Assembly (NCBI GenBank): GCA_023251455.1
Contig: JAHEYT010000046.1
Location: forward strand, 6,258 to 70,257
Source of the DNA: Bacteroidota bacterium
GTDB taxonomy: Bacteria > Bacteroidota > Bacteroidia > Bacteroidales > Prolixibacteraceae
Reading direction: 5' to 3'
DNA: 64,000 bases
Shown: positions 39,301 through 49,431 of the stretch, one piece after another
How positions within the stretch are numbered: the stretch's first letter is position 1
Layout: every line of letters starts with the position of its first letter
The notes under the pieces: model-generated
Databases searched by the model: none
The model's input: the letters and a program-made list of their open reading frames with translations, nothing else
What the model was told of the DNA's origin: nothing
Translations under genes and position numbers: made by a program

Positions 39301-41853
39301 ATGAATAAAGTTAGAAAAGCGATTCAATTCATTTTCGCTGAAAATGAAGATTTCTCGTTAGAGAACCGCCTGTTTTTATCGTCATTAGTTGTTGGAATAT
39401 TAACAAGCATGGTTGGTTCTGTTCTAAATTTACTACTTGTCACCTCCTTAACGGCAGCAATCATTCCACTTCTTTTGTCCGTTTTGCTGTTCATAATTTA
39501 TTATTTCGTGAGATATAAACAAAAAATTGAAACTTTTAAAGTTCCGATTATCCTCATAGCTCTGGTCAGTATTTCAGTCATATGGGTGTTTAATGGCGGT
39601 ATCAATGGGTCGAATATCATGCCCGGCTTTGTCATCCTGATTCTAGGATTAGTGGTTTTTCCGGATAAAAAGAAAAAGTATGTATTCCTGCTTTTTGTGG
39701 CGCTCAATATTGTTGTTTATCTCATCCAGTTTTACCGACCCGATTTAATAACCAATTATTCATCGGAGACCGATCGCTGGATCGATTCTCTTTTTACGCT
39801 AATCTATACTTCGTACTTTATTTTCCTGTTTGTGAAATTTATTCACAAACATTATACCTTAGAAAGAACCCGCTCAGCCGATAGCGAAATGAAACACCGC
39901 TTATCTGAAGGAAACCTTGCTGAAGCCCAGCGAATTGCTAACATAGGCAGCTGGGAGTGGGATTTGAATACCAATTCGGTGAAATGCTCGAAAGAGATGT
40001 TTCGGCTGTTCGATATCGATCCCGATACGTTTGACGGTAATCCGGAATCCCTGATGAAAAGGATTCATCCTGATGACGTTCTGTCTTTCAAAGAAAGTTT
40101 GTATAACAATTTCGAACATAAAAATTCACCTTCAGTTGAATACCGGATTATTTACCGGGATTCCTCTGTCCATCATGTATTGGCTGAAACCCGCATAGAT
40201 TTTGATATAACCGGCAATTCGGTCAGGAGCATAGGCACCGTGCAGGATATCACCAAACGGAAACAGGTTGATGAGGCGCTGCGGGCCAGCGAACGGTTTT
40301 TGAAAGAAACACAGCTAATTGCCCGACTGGGAACTTATGCCCTTGAAATAAATTCAGGCAAATGGACAAGCTCTGAAATGCTGAACTCCATTTTTGGAAT
40401 TGCACCTGATTTTGATAAAACAATTGAAAACTGGATTACAATTATTCATCCGGAATGGCAACAAATTATGAACGATTATTTTAGTCAGGAAGTAATAGGT
40501 CGCACAACCAACTTTGATAAAGAATATCAGATTGTCAGGCAAAATGATCGGGCGGTGCGTTGGGTTCATGGCAGGGGTGAGTTGAAATTTGATGCTCAAA
40601 ATAGACCAATACTGATGCTTGGCGCCATACAGGATATCACCGAACGCAAAGAAATTGAGGAAGATTTGATCAAAGCAAAAGAAAAAGCCGAAGAAAGCGA
40701 CCGACTAAAATCGGCTTTTCTGGCCAATATGAGCCACGAAATCCGCACTCCGATGAATGGAATCCTGGGTTTTGCCGAACTCATGAAAGAACCTAATATT
40801 ACCGGTGAAGAGAAGCAGGAGTACATTAGCATCATTGAAAAAAGTGGAACGAGAATGGTCAATATCATCAATGATATTGTAGATATCTCGAAAATAGAAT
40901 CGGGACAAATGCAAGTTTCGTTTTCTGAAACGGATGTAAATAAGCAACTTGAATTTATTTGTAATTTCTTCAGGCCTGAAGCCGAACAAAGAGGACTTCG
41001 GATTTCATTTCAGAATACTTTAGCAGAAAAGGAATCTGTCATTCAAACCGATCGGCAGAAAATATATGCGATACTCACCAACCTGGTAAATAATGCCATC
41101 AAATTCACTCATAAAGGGTCAATAGAATTTGGATGTGAATATGGTTCTGGCGTTGTAGAGACAGTGCATGCCTTGTCTCTGAAAAAACCAAAATCCCTCA
41201 CGTTTTATGTGAAAGATACCGGCATTGGGATTCGCCATGAACAGTTGGGAATCATATTTGAACGGTTCAGGCAAGGCAGCGAATCGTTAAACCGGAAATA
41301 TGAAGGCGCAGGCCTTGGATTATCCATTTCGAAAGCCTACGTGGAAATGTTAGGTGGCCGCATTTGGGCTGAAAGTGAAGAAGGCAAAGGAAGTACTTTC
41401 TACTTTACCATTCCGTGCACGACTGGTGCGGAAGAAAAAATTGAAAGTAAAATTACGATTTTAGACAATAGCACAGAGAAACCGGCTCATATGCTAAAAA
41501 TATTAATAGCAGAAGACGATGCTGAATCGGCCATACTTCTTTCAAAGATTGTTCAAAAGTTTAACAAAGAAGCATTTATGGCAAGAACCGGGCTTGAAGC
41601 TTTAGAGATTTGCCGCAAAAATCCGGATATTGACCTGATTTTGATGGACATTCAGATGCCCGAAATGGATGGTTACGAAGCCACCCGACAAATCAGGAAA
41701 TTCAACCAATCGGTAGTCATTATTGCACAAACAGCCTTCGCGTTATCTGGCGATAAAGAATTAGCACTGGAAGCCGGGTGCAACGATTACATTTCAAAAC
41801 CGATTAAGAGAAAGCTGTTGATGGAGACCATAAATAAACATTTTAAGATCTAG
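39301..41853 (+). CDS. Membrane-bound hybrid histidine kinase (TM-PAS-PAS-HisKA-HATPase-REC)
   Basis: About 6 hydrophobic helices, MSHEIRTPMNG, GAGLGL, ILMDIQMPEMDG. The ORF-track start at 39235 lies inside a repeat. Confidence 0.9.
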   Translation: MNKVRKAIQFIFAENEDFSLENRLFLSSLVVGILTSMVGSVLNLLLVTSLTAAIIPLLLSVLLFIIYYFVRYKQKIETFKVPIILIALVSISVIWVFNGGINGSNIMPGFVILILGLVVFPDKKKKYVFLLFVALNIVVYLIQFYRPDLITNYSSETDRWIDSLFTLIYTSYFIFLFVKFIHKHYTLERTRSADSEMKHRLSEGNLAEAQRIANIGSWEWDLNTNSVKCSKEMFRLFDIDPDTFDGNPESLMKRIHPDDVLSFKESLYNNFEHKNSPSVEYRIIYRDSSVHHVLAETRIDFDITGNSVRSIGTVQDITKRKQVDEALRASERFLKETQLIARLGTYALEINSGKWTSSEMLNSIFGIAPDFDKTIENWITIIHPEWQQIMNDYFSQEVIGRTTNFDKEYQIVRQNDRAVRWVHGRGELKFDAQNRPILMLGAIQDITERKEIEEDLIKAKEKAEESDRLKSAFLANMSHEIRTPMNGILGFAELMKEPNITGEEKQEYISIIEKSGTRMVNIINDIVDISKIESGQMQVSFSETDVNKQLEFICNFFRPEAEQRGLRISFQNTLAEKESVIQTDRQKIYAILTNLVNNAIKFTHKGSIEFGCEYGSGVVETVHALSLKKPKSLTFYVKDTGIGIRHEQLGIIFERFRQGSESLNRKYEGAGLGLSISKAYVEMLGGRIWAESEEGKGSTFYFTIPCTTGAEEKIESKITILDNSTEKPAHMLKILIAEDDAESAILLSKIVQKFNKEAFMARTGLEALEICRKNPDIDLILMDIQMPEMDGYEATRQIRKFNQSVVIIAQTAFALSGDKELALEAGCNDYISKPIKRKLLMETINKHFKI
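41155..41181 (+). repeat. REP-derived palindrome inside a coding sequence (encodes VETVHALSL)
   Basis: GTAGAGACAGTGCATGCCTTGTCTCTG has the same GTAGAGAC..GTCTCT frame as the intergenic copy at 15883. Confidence 0.7.
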
Positions 41854-42086
41854 CAAATAAATTATACACCAGACTCACCTATTTCAATGTCAGATGCGTT
41901 AAGCAAATACCGCATGTTTTAAACTAACGCTGTCGGCTTGATTCTTCGAATTTCCAAAACTGCAACGCAACCGTTGTAAACGAATGCACATCTTAAATGC
42001 AAACAAAAGAACTGGCTCTCACGAACGGGTCTTGTTTAAATAACAGAAATACGGTATTTTTAAAAACAATTAAAACGCATTTTAGA

Positions 42087-42809
42087 ATGGAAAATTTCAG
42101 AAAATTACTGGCAGGTGTTCTTTGCCTGTCGGCAGGTGTTATTTCGTTGCAATCGTGTATTGAAGACCAACCAACGTCTTTAACTGCAGTTTCAGATGTT
42201 ATCGTTCAGGATATAAAAACTGACGCAGGAGTGAAATATGGTATCGTTGTTTATGCAACTGCCGATTTCGATATTAAATCGGCTCAGGTTACAGCGCCAG
42301 GCACTGGAGGCAAAGTTTACAAGCTTACTGCCACTGCAAACAAACAGCAATTTGTCTATTATCCGCAGGCTGCTGATTATACCAGCGAGATGCCGGTAAA
42401 AGGTACCTACTCGATTGAAGTTATTTCGTCGAAGGATGTAAAGTTGGTAGGTGATGATGCTGTTGGTGACGAAAAGTTGACCCCAATCGTGATTAAAACA
42501 GCGACGATGACCAGCCAGAAACTTAAAACAACCTGGGACCTAATCACTGGTGCCGATGCCTATGTGGTAAAATTGTATTCGGCGAACAAAGCTGAACTTA
42601 TATTTTCAAGTAATTATCTCGCAACGGATGTAAAAGAATTCGAATTCGGAACATCATCTGCAGGCTGGGCATACGGAGTATCGCCTGTCGTAAATACCAA
42701 TTATGTGGTCGAATTGCTTGGTGTAAAAGTTGAAACAGGCACAGCAACTGACAAAGCAAACAATATTCAGTTTGTTACTATCGATTCGAAGACCATTAAA
42801 TGGGAATAG
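42087..42809 (+). CDS. Hypothetical lipoprotein (beta-rich)
   Basis: Lipobox LQSC after a hydrophobic stretch; no family recognised. Confidence 0.7.
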   Translation: MENFRKLLAGVLCLSAGVISLQSCIEDQPTSLTAVSDVIVQDIKTDAGVKYGIVVYATADFDIKSAQVTAPGTGGKVYKLTATANKQQFVYYPQAADYTSEMPVKGTYSIEVISSKDVKLVGDDAVGDEKLTPIVIKTATMTSQKLKTTWDLITGADAYVVKLYSANKAELIFSSNYLATDVKEFEFGTSSAGWAYGVSPVVNTNYVVELLGVKVETGTATDKANNIQFVTIDSKTIKWE

Positions 42810-42838
42810 ATTTAGAAGGTTAGTTCTACTTAAATTAT

Positions 42839-42865
42839 AAACCGGTCAGTTTGGCCGGTTTTTTT
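42839..42865 (+). terminator. Intrinsic terminator
   Basis: AACCGGTCA-GTT-TGGCCGGTT followed by a T run. Confidence 0.75.
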
Positions 42866-43053
42866 ATGCCGTAATTCGTATCTGTGTTGTTGATTTGAAA
42901 TGATTGATAAATCTGGTGTCAGAAACTGTCAAGTTTGCTTTTGCAGAGAACAAGTTGTGTATTTTTGCAATCCGTTAAAATACGGCAGCAGAGGCAATCG
43001 AGTTGGTTTTCTTTAGGTTAGAATGCTCGCTGGTTCTTAAATTCAGATTACAA

Positions 43054-44247
43054 ATGTCAGATTACACACAAAACATAGCAGTGCAAACCAACCCAATTAC
43101 CGATAAAAGGCGAATACGATTCGCAGTTGCATTGGTTTATTTCAGCATGGGATTATGCTTCTCGTCGTGGGCAAGCCGTATTCCAGATATTAAAACAGCA
43201 CTCAATTTAAATGATGCCCTTTTTGGCACTATTCTCTTTGCTTTGCCGGTCGGGCAATTCCTGATGATGCCTTTCTCCGGAAAGTTGGTGACCCGTTTTG
43301 GAAGCCATAAAGTTTTGTTGTATGCACTCCCAATTTATACCATTTGCCTGAGCAACGTTGGTCTGGTGCAGGCCGGATGGCAATTGGCCATAGCCTTGTT
43401 TCTATTTGGATTGTCGGGTAACTTGTGTAACATTTCAATCAACACTCAGGGCGTTGCTGCTGAACGCATCTATGAGCGCCCCATAATGGCCTCATTCCAT
43501 GGCGGATGGAGCCTTGCCGGGTTTACCGGAGCGCTCATCGGATTGGCAATGATTAATCTGAAAGTACCTGTTTACTGGCATTTTGTAATTATTATCCTGA
43601 TTGTTTGGACAACCGTTTGGATTAATTACCCGTTTTTGGTCAGAAGCAACCCTACTCCATTCTCCGAAGAACCTAAAAAGAAATTTTTCAATAAACCTGA
43701 TGGTATTCTTTTACAGCTCGGCATCATAGGCTTTTGCAGCATGGCCAGCGAAGGAGCCATGTTCGACTGGAGTGGAATTTACTTTAAAGATGTGGTTAAT
43801 GCGCCGCCATCGCTTGTTGTACTTGGTTATACTTCGTTTATGATTATGATGGCAACCGGACGTTTTGTTGCCGATTACCTGATTTCAAAAATTGGCCGGA
43901 AACGGCTGTTGCAGATTTGTGGAGTAATGATTTCGACAGGTTTATTTACCGCAGTTTTCTTCCCCTATCTGGTGCCATGCACACTGGCATTTATGCTGGT
44001 TGGATTGGGTGTTTCGAGCATCGTACCAACGGTTTACAGCGCTGCCGGCCGACATTCAAAAGTTTCGCCCGGAATTGCCCTGGCAACTGTTTCAAGTGTC
44101 AGTTTCCTTGGATTTTTGATGGGACCTCCTCTCATTGGTTATATTTCGGCAGCTGCGGGTTTGCGATACTCTTTTGCCGTAATCGGGGTTTTCGGAATTG
44201 GTATCACTTTATTGGTTTCCAGAGTTAAAGCACTGAATACTGATTAG
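43054..44247 (+). CDS. MFS transporter
   Basis: About 12 TM helices, SWASRIP, SFHGGWSL, EGAMFDW, GPPLIG. Confidence 0.88.
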   Translation: MSDYTQNIAVQTNPITDKRRIRFAVALVYFSMGLCFSSWASRIPDIKTALNLNDALFGTILFALPVGQFLMMPFSGKLVTRFGSHKVLLYALPIYTICLSNVGLVQAGWQLAIALFLFGLSGNLCNISINTQGVAAERIYERPIMASFHGGWSLAGFTGALIGLAMINLKVPVYWHFVIIILIVWTTVWINYPFLVRSNPTPFSEEPKKKFFNKPDGILLQLGIIGFCSMASEGAMFDWSGIYFKDVVNAPPSLVVLGYTSFMIMMATGRFVADYLISKIGRKRLLQICGVMISTGLFTAVFFPYLVPCTLAFMLVGLGVSSIVPTVYSAAGRHSKVSPGIALATVSSVSFLGFLMGPPLIGYISAAAGLRYSFAVIGVFGIGITLLVSRVKALNTD

Positions 44248-44425
44248 TTTTAATTCGATATGACCGATAAAATCAAAACCCCTGTATCCTGAACAGAGGT
44301 TTTGTTGTTTCAGGCGAATTGTTCTTACAATCGAAATTATTGCCACCTTTATACCTGAATTTCTTAGGCGACAAAAGACGTTTGAGAAGAATTAATCGGA
44401 TAACGAACCAACTAAACCATTTCCA

Positions 44426-45778
44426 ATGAGAACATTCTTATTCTCGCTATTTCTGGTGCTTTTTACTTTTCTTTCCGAAGTATCAACCAACGACAACCAG
44501 AAACAAAGTGATTCCGTTCCGTTAATGGGAAACCGTTTTCTAACCTTCAATGCGGTGATCCGGGTAAACCAGATTGAAGTTGCGCGTAACAAAAATGTAG
44601 GTGAAGATGAACGAAGCCTACATACTCCGGCGGTGGTAACCAAATTCAGGAATGCCATTAGCGCCGGATTTCCTGGGGCTAAAATAACCTGGGCTTTCAG
44701 CTGGCTGGCCCTGCACGATACAACTTTTAATTATCGAAAAATTAGGGAACTTGTCGTGGGTTACCAAAAGAAATATGGCGATGAAATTACGTTCATCCCG
44801 GGGGCCTATTTTGCCAATGCCTATAATCCGAACGAACAGGTAAATAAAGATTTGCACGATGGGTTGGCCAAAGTCTCGGAAATCGTAGGTAATGGCTACC
44901 GTCCGAAGAGTGTTGTGGCTGGTTTTTTATCGGCGACAAATCAGGATTACCTGGCAAAAGAGGAAGGAATTCACGTGTGCCAGGGAAATATATGGAGCCA
45001 GTATGCGATCGATAATCAGGATGGAGATGGAGCTGTTTGCTATCCGTTTTATCCGTCCAAGGAGCATTTCTGCAAACCGGCACAAGGAAAAGTCGATTTT
45101 GTTGATTGCGTGAACCTGGATGGTTGGACAACCGATTTTTTGGCAGCCCGCCGGGAAGGTTTTAAAGAAGGTTTTAACAGCAGGATGGGTGTGGGTCCAA
45201 TCGAAACATTGGGGAAATACGGATTAGAATTGGGACTGAAAGAAATGCTTCATTCCACTGCCATTCATTTCGACCGGGGATTTGAGTTGAACGGTTTTGC
45301 CTGGGTGACCAACTGCTGGGAAGTATCGCTTCCGATCGACGTGGCCGGACTGACTAGCTGGCTGAGCGAAATCAAAAAGCGTTGGCCTGATGTGAAGTTC
45401 ATCACCCAGGGCGAGTTTGGCTTAATCTGGCGGAAGCACTATCGCACCAATGATTTCGATTACCGCTTTGAAGAAATTGGGTCGGGCATTGGAGGTTCGG
45501 ATGCTGATAAGGAAATCCGTTGGTTTATGAATAAAGATTTTCGGCTGGCCTTACTTCGTAATTTGAAGATCGATAATTCTGAAGAGGTTATTGATTTTAC
45601 GAGATATGATTTACCCGCCAGAGAACCGGCAGAAATGACCCGCCGATGGAGTTTAATGGGCGAAATCAATCAGAAACAAACCCGTCCGCAGGACAAACCA
45701 GTTCCGTTGAAACAACTTCCGGAGACGATGAAAACAATCATTAAAAGTCATTATCCAAACTTGTTGCCAACTCGGTAA
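44426..45778 (+). CDS. DUF3863-like exported protein
   Basis: Signal peptide; GNRFLTFNAVIRVNQIEV, ITWAFSWLAL, QGNIWSQY, NLDGWT. Family recalled from memory. Confidence 0.6.
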   Translation: MRTFLFSLFLVLFTFLSEVSTNDNQKQSDSVPLMGNRFLTFNAVIRVNQIEVARNKNVGEDERSLHTPAVVTKFRNAISAGFPGAKITWAFSWLALHDTTFNYRKIRELVVGYQKKYGDEITFIPGAYFANAYNPNEQVNKDLHDGLAKVSEIVGNGYRPKSVVAGFLSATNQDYLAKEEGIHVCQGNIWSQYAIDNQDGDGAVCYPFYPSKEHFCKPAQGKVDFVDCVNLDGWTTDFLAARREGFKEGFNSRMGVGPIETLGKYGLELGLKEMLHSTAIHFDRGFELNGFAWVTNCWEVSLPIDVAGLTSWLSEIKKRWPDVKFITQGEFGLIWRKHYRTNDFDYRFEEIGSGIGGSDADKEIRWFMNKDFRLALLRNLKIDNSEEVIDFTRYDLPAREPAEMTRRWSLMGEINQKQTRPQDKPVPLKQLPETMKTIIKSHYPNLLPTR

Positions 45779-45818
45779 AAAACAACCATTCGTTTTCGTC
45801 AGGAATATGAAATTGGAG

Positions 45819-45855
45819 CATAAAAAAACCGGACTAACTGACCGGTTTTTTTATG
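45819..45855. terminator. Bidirectional terminator
   Basis: CATAAAAAAACCGG-N9-CCGGTTTTTTTATG perfect inverted repeat between convergent genes. Confidence 0.85.
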
Positions 45856-45873
45856 ACTATATTTTGTCTGGTT

Positions 45874-47298
45874 TTATTTTTCAGGTTCCCACTCGTCAGT
45901 GCGGAATGATGAGACGGGTAATCCGTCGGTGCTGAACAGATCGCCAACAATAAAATCTTTAAATGCGTAGCGCACGGCAACCGGTTCGGCAACTGAAGGC
46001 GAAATTAAAGTAATGCCAGCGTTGGTAATGAATGCTTTGGCCTGAAAAAACCGTTTGTTGGCTCCCGCCACTTCAAAGCAACTCAATTCTTTGCCATACG
46101 AAGTTAACCCGTTGGGTGCATCGTCGAAGGTCAGTTTTACTACTCCTTCTGCGGCCTTCATTTCTTTCAGAACCGGACTTTGGTAGGCAATTCCTTTGAT
46201 TCCATAGGTTTGAGCCAGAGCCAGAAAAGCTAAACGCTTTGAGCCAGTTTCTTTCGCCGCCGGATGGATGCAATCTTTTTCAGCAATATCCATAATACAA
46301 GCCATGCCGATGTTTTTAATAGCGGTTGAAGCTTTCAACTGGGCTTCACGAAGGTAAGCAGAACTCAATCCGGTTGGGCCGTAGTCGAAAGGTGCAATCT
46401 GAACAAAGTAAAACGGAAATTCGCCAATTCCCCATAACGAGCGCCAGTTTTCGATTAAACCCGGCATCAGTTTCTGATATTCTTGGGGCTCGTTGCGGTT
46501 CGATTCGCCCTGGTACCAGATGGCTCCGCGCATTCCGTAGCCCACAATCGGGTTGATCATGGCATTAAACAGAACGGTTGGTGTTTGTGGCGACAGGTTT
46601 TCAACCGTTTTTTTCTCCGGAAGTTTAACCCAATCGAAGTTTTTGCAACCCAGTTCGCTGATCCATGGTTCGATCCGCGTTCCGCCCCAGCTAGTATTGA
46701 TCAGGCCAACCGGAACTTTCAGGGTTTTATTCAGCATCAGGCCAAAATAATAGGCTGTTGCACTGAATTCGTATACATTTTCAGGTTCACACAATTTCCA
46801 GTCGCCTGTAAAATCGTCGAGAGGTTCCACGCTGGTTGCTTTTTTTACTGTAAACATCCTGATGTTTGGATTTGACGAGGTTGCAACAGCATCTGACGAG
46901 CCCAGAATCGGCTGGTTTTTGTAGCCTTTCATGGGCATTTCCATGTTCGACTGTCCGGAGCAAACCCACACTTCACCAATCAATACGTTTCTCAGTTTAA
47001 ACGATTTGCCGTCGCTGATCGAAATTTCGTAAGGACCGCCCGCTTTGGGGGTCGAAACTTTTAGTTTCCAGCTTCCATCGGCCGAAGCCTGCGTGCTGTA
47101 ACTCTTGCCATTCCACGAGGTTGACACTTTGACTGTTGAATTTTTGGTGGCTTTTCCCCAAATGGCGGCTTCGGTTTGCTGCTGCATCACCATATTGTCG
47201 CAAAAAATGGAAGGTAATTTGACTTCAGCAAATACCTGACTTACTGAAAAGGCCATAACAAACAATACGGCCATCATTGAAATAGAAGTACGCTTCAT
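45874..47298 (-). CDS. Sialate O-acetylesterase (SASA family)
   Basis: GEVWVCSGQSNM, WGGTRIEPW, WYQGESN, DCIHP. Confidence 0.9.
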   Translation of the reverse strand: MKRTSISMMAVLFVMAFSVSQVFAEVKLPSIFCDNMVMQQQTEAAIWGKATKNSTVKVSTSWNGKSYSTQASADGSWKLKVSTPKAGGPYEISISDGKSFKLRNVLIGEVWVCSGQSNMEMPMKGYKNQPILGSSDAVATSSNPNIRMFTVKKATSVEPLDDFTGDWKLCEPENVYEFSATAYYFGLMLNKTLKVPVGLINTSWGGTRIEPWISELGCKNFDWVKLPEKKTVENLSPQTPTVLFNAMINPIVGYGMRGAIWYQGESNRNEPQEYQKLMPGLIENWRSLWGIGEFPFYFVQIAPFDYGPTGLSSAYLREAQLKASTAIKNIGMACIMDIAEKDCIHPAAKETGSKRLAFLALAQTYGIKGIAYQSPVLKEMKAAEGVVKLTFDDAPNGLTSYGKELSCFEVAGANKRFFQAKAFITNAGITLISPSVAEPVAVRYAFKDFIVGDLFSTDGLPVSSFRTDEWEPEK

Positions 47299-47440
47299 TT
47301 TAGTTGATTAGGTTAATTATACTCATGAATAAGTTGAGGATGCAAGGTAGGGTAAAATCAGTACCAAAGCAACGGAATTGACCTAAAATTATTGATAAAC
47401 GCAGGCTTGGGTATTGTGTTTGGAATTACCTTTTCTATCG

Positions 47441-47809
47441 TCAATAACATGGAAATCTTTTGATCGGCATAGAATAATGTATGGTTGAATCTGTTTTCAT
47501 TATTGGCATTTTCGACCGAAAATTGGGATTGTAAACTGGCATCTCCAAATTGGATTTGGTAAACCCATGTCCATAGCGGGGAATTAAAGCCAGATTCAGA
47601 TTTGAACCGGATTCTTTGTTTTTCAGATAAGGTAATTGAAGATTGTTTTCAAGAAACGGGTTGTCTAATTTTAAGGTGTCGTTAAGGGTGTGCTGATAAG
47701 AATTGAACCCGATTTTTACAGAGTCAGATTTTGACTCCGGTTTTGTTTGTGCTGATACTGATAGGGAAATCAGTGTGCAAATGACTAGAATAAATACTGA
47801 AGTTTTCAT
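47441..47809 (-). CDS. Hypothetical exported protein
   Basis: Signal peptide ending SA-Q; C-terminal MPV/MPI repeats. Confidence 0.6.
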   Translation of the reverse strand: MKTSVFILVICTLISLSVSAQTKPESKSDSVKIGFNSYQHTLNDTLKLDNPFLENNLQLPYLKNKESGSNLNLALIPRYGHGFTKSNLEMPVYNPNFRSKMPIMKTDSTIHYSMPIKRFPCY

Positions 47810-47897
47810 GGCTACAGATTTTGAACACCTAAAATTAGATAAAAAACTATTTCAGAAATGTTAATTATCTCTTTTTAACATTTCATGATCAGGCCAT

Positions 47898-47939
47898 AAA
47901 AAAGCCCGGATCAATCTTTATTTTGACTGATCCGGGCTT
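47898..47939 (-). terminator. Intrinsic terminator after the VOC gene
   Basis: AAGCCCGGATCA...TGATCCGGGCTT stem preceded by an A run. Confidence 0.7.
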
Positions 47940-47957
47940 CGATTTAGTTTGTAGAAA

Positions 47958-48386
47958 TTATGCTTTCGGATATTCGTAATCAATCATCCACTGAATGCCA
48001 AACTGGTCGGTAAACGAGCCATAGTAGTCGCCCCAGAATGTGTCCTGAAGTGGCATTTCAACTGTCCCATTGATCGATAGTTTTGCAAACAAAGTGTCGG
48101 CTTCTTCTTTGCTATCGACACCGAGCATGAAATAATGATTATTTCCTACAACCAGATTCTGTCCAAGCGATTCGAGCGTGTCACTTGCCATCAGCATATT
48201 GCCATTCCCAATGGGTAGTGCAATGTGCATAATTTTGTCCAAAACTTCAGCAGGCATTTTTTCATTTCCGGGAACATCACGGAACCTCATCAGCATTGCA
48301 AACTCGCCACCAAATACCGATTTGTAGAAATTAAAGGCTTCCTCGGCATTACCATTAAAATTTAAATACGGATTAAATCTTGCCAT
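47958..48386 (-). CDS. VOC / PhnB (YjdN)-like protein
   Basis: NPYLNFNGNAEEAFNFYKSVFGG, MPLQDTFWG, DQFGIQW. Confidence 0.88.
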   Translation of the reverse strand: MARFNPYLNFNGNAEEAFNFYKSVFGGEFAMLMRFRDVPGNEKMPAEVLDKIMHIALPIGNGNMLMASDTLESLGQNLVVGNNHYFMLGVDSKEEADTLFAKLSINGTVEMPLQDTFWGDYYGSFTDQFGIQWMIDYEYPKA

Positions 48387-48427
48387 TTTAAAGTGTTTTT
48401 ATGTGAATGAATGTAGGATGTGCTTTG

Positions 48428-48805
48428 TTATTTCGCGGCCAGAATGGACTTGTACTTGTCGCGATAATAATAAGCCAGAAATAGATTCCCGAGTATTAGC
48501 AAAATTGCCAAAATCAATCCTGAAGGTTCAAGAAAAACATGGAATAACAGAATGTTCAGATTAATCGGGAAGATGACTACTGTAGCGAGCGCAACAAACC
48601 TTCCGGAGAGAAAGGCAATGGCGCAAACAAGTTCAACAATCTTTACGGTAGTCATTAAATAAACCGAAGCCGTCATTCCATCCATAAAAATTTTGACATT
48701 TCCTGTCTGTTCGGGCTGTGGCATCAGTTTGAAAAGAACAACGATGGAAGCAAATGCAAACATAAGTCCCATCAAAACGCGGACAATAATTGAGGCGATT
48801 TTCAT
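48428..48805 (-). CDS. DoxX-like membrane protein
   Basis: Four hydrophobic helices, PINLNILLFH. Confidence 0.75.
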   Translation of the reverse strand: MKIASIIVRVLMGLMFAFASIVVLFKLMPQPEQTGNVKIFMDGMTASVYLMTTVKIVELVCAIAFLSGRFVALATVVIFPINLNILLFHVFLEPSGLILAILLILGNLFLAYYYRDKYKSILAAK

Positions 48806-48907
48806 ATGTCTATAATTTGTTTTTTAATTGCCATATGGAACTCGCCAGCGATAATCATCCTTCTGAGTGAGATTATCTCTCATGGCTCGTTTCATATTTG
48901 TTTGATT

Positions 48908-49348
48908 TTAATGTTTCTGATTTTTGAACAGGTATTCTTTTAGTGAAGTGCCAATAAGCCAATTCCATCCTTCGGCAAAGTTTTCCCTGGCGAAGTCGGG
49001 GTTGTCGGCAGAAAAAGTCTCCAAACCTTCGTGAGTAAGTTTCAATCTGGTTTGTCCCGCTTCATCAAACAGTTCGAAAGTAACCAATGTGTTTCCTTCA
49101 AAGCCATCGTAACGCCAGGTATAGGCTAGTTTTTTCTCCGGAATTACCTCTGTGATTTTACACAAATGCAGGTATTGCCGATCTTCAGCGGGGCCTCCCA
49201 TAAATCGGAATTCGAATCCCACTTCGGGTTTAAATTCCGAAAGGTCGAAGTACCAAAGTTTCATTTCGTCTTTATCGGCAATGGCTTTCCAAACGATCTG
49301 CAGGGGAGCGTGATAATTCGTTTCAATCGCAAAAGCGTCCTTTCCCAT
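48908..49348 (-). CDS. SRPBCC (AHSA1-like) domain protein
   Basis: VWKAIAD..MKLWYF..FKPEVGFEF, LTHEGLETF, GW. Confidence 0.85.
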   Translation of the reverse strand: MGKDAFAIETNYHAPLQIVWKAIADKDEMKLWYFDLSEFKPEVGFEFRFMGGPAEDRQYLHLCKITEVIPEKKLAYTWRYDGFEGNTLVTFELFDEAGQTRLKLTHEGLETFSADNPDFARENFAEGWNWLIGTSLKEYLFKNQKH

Positions 49349-49431
49349 AGTTGTTTTATTAATCAGTTTAACCTGACTAATAAAACCATTTATAAATGCA
49401 AAATGTTTTCGGGAGATTTAAATGTTTTTAC

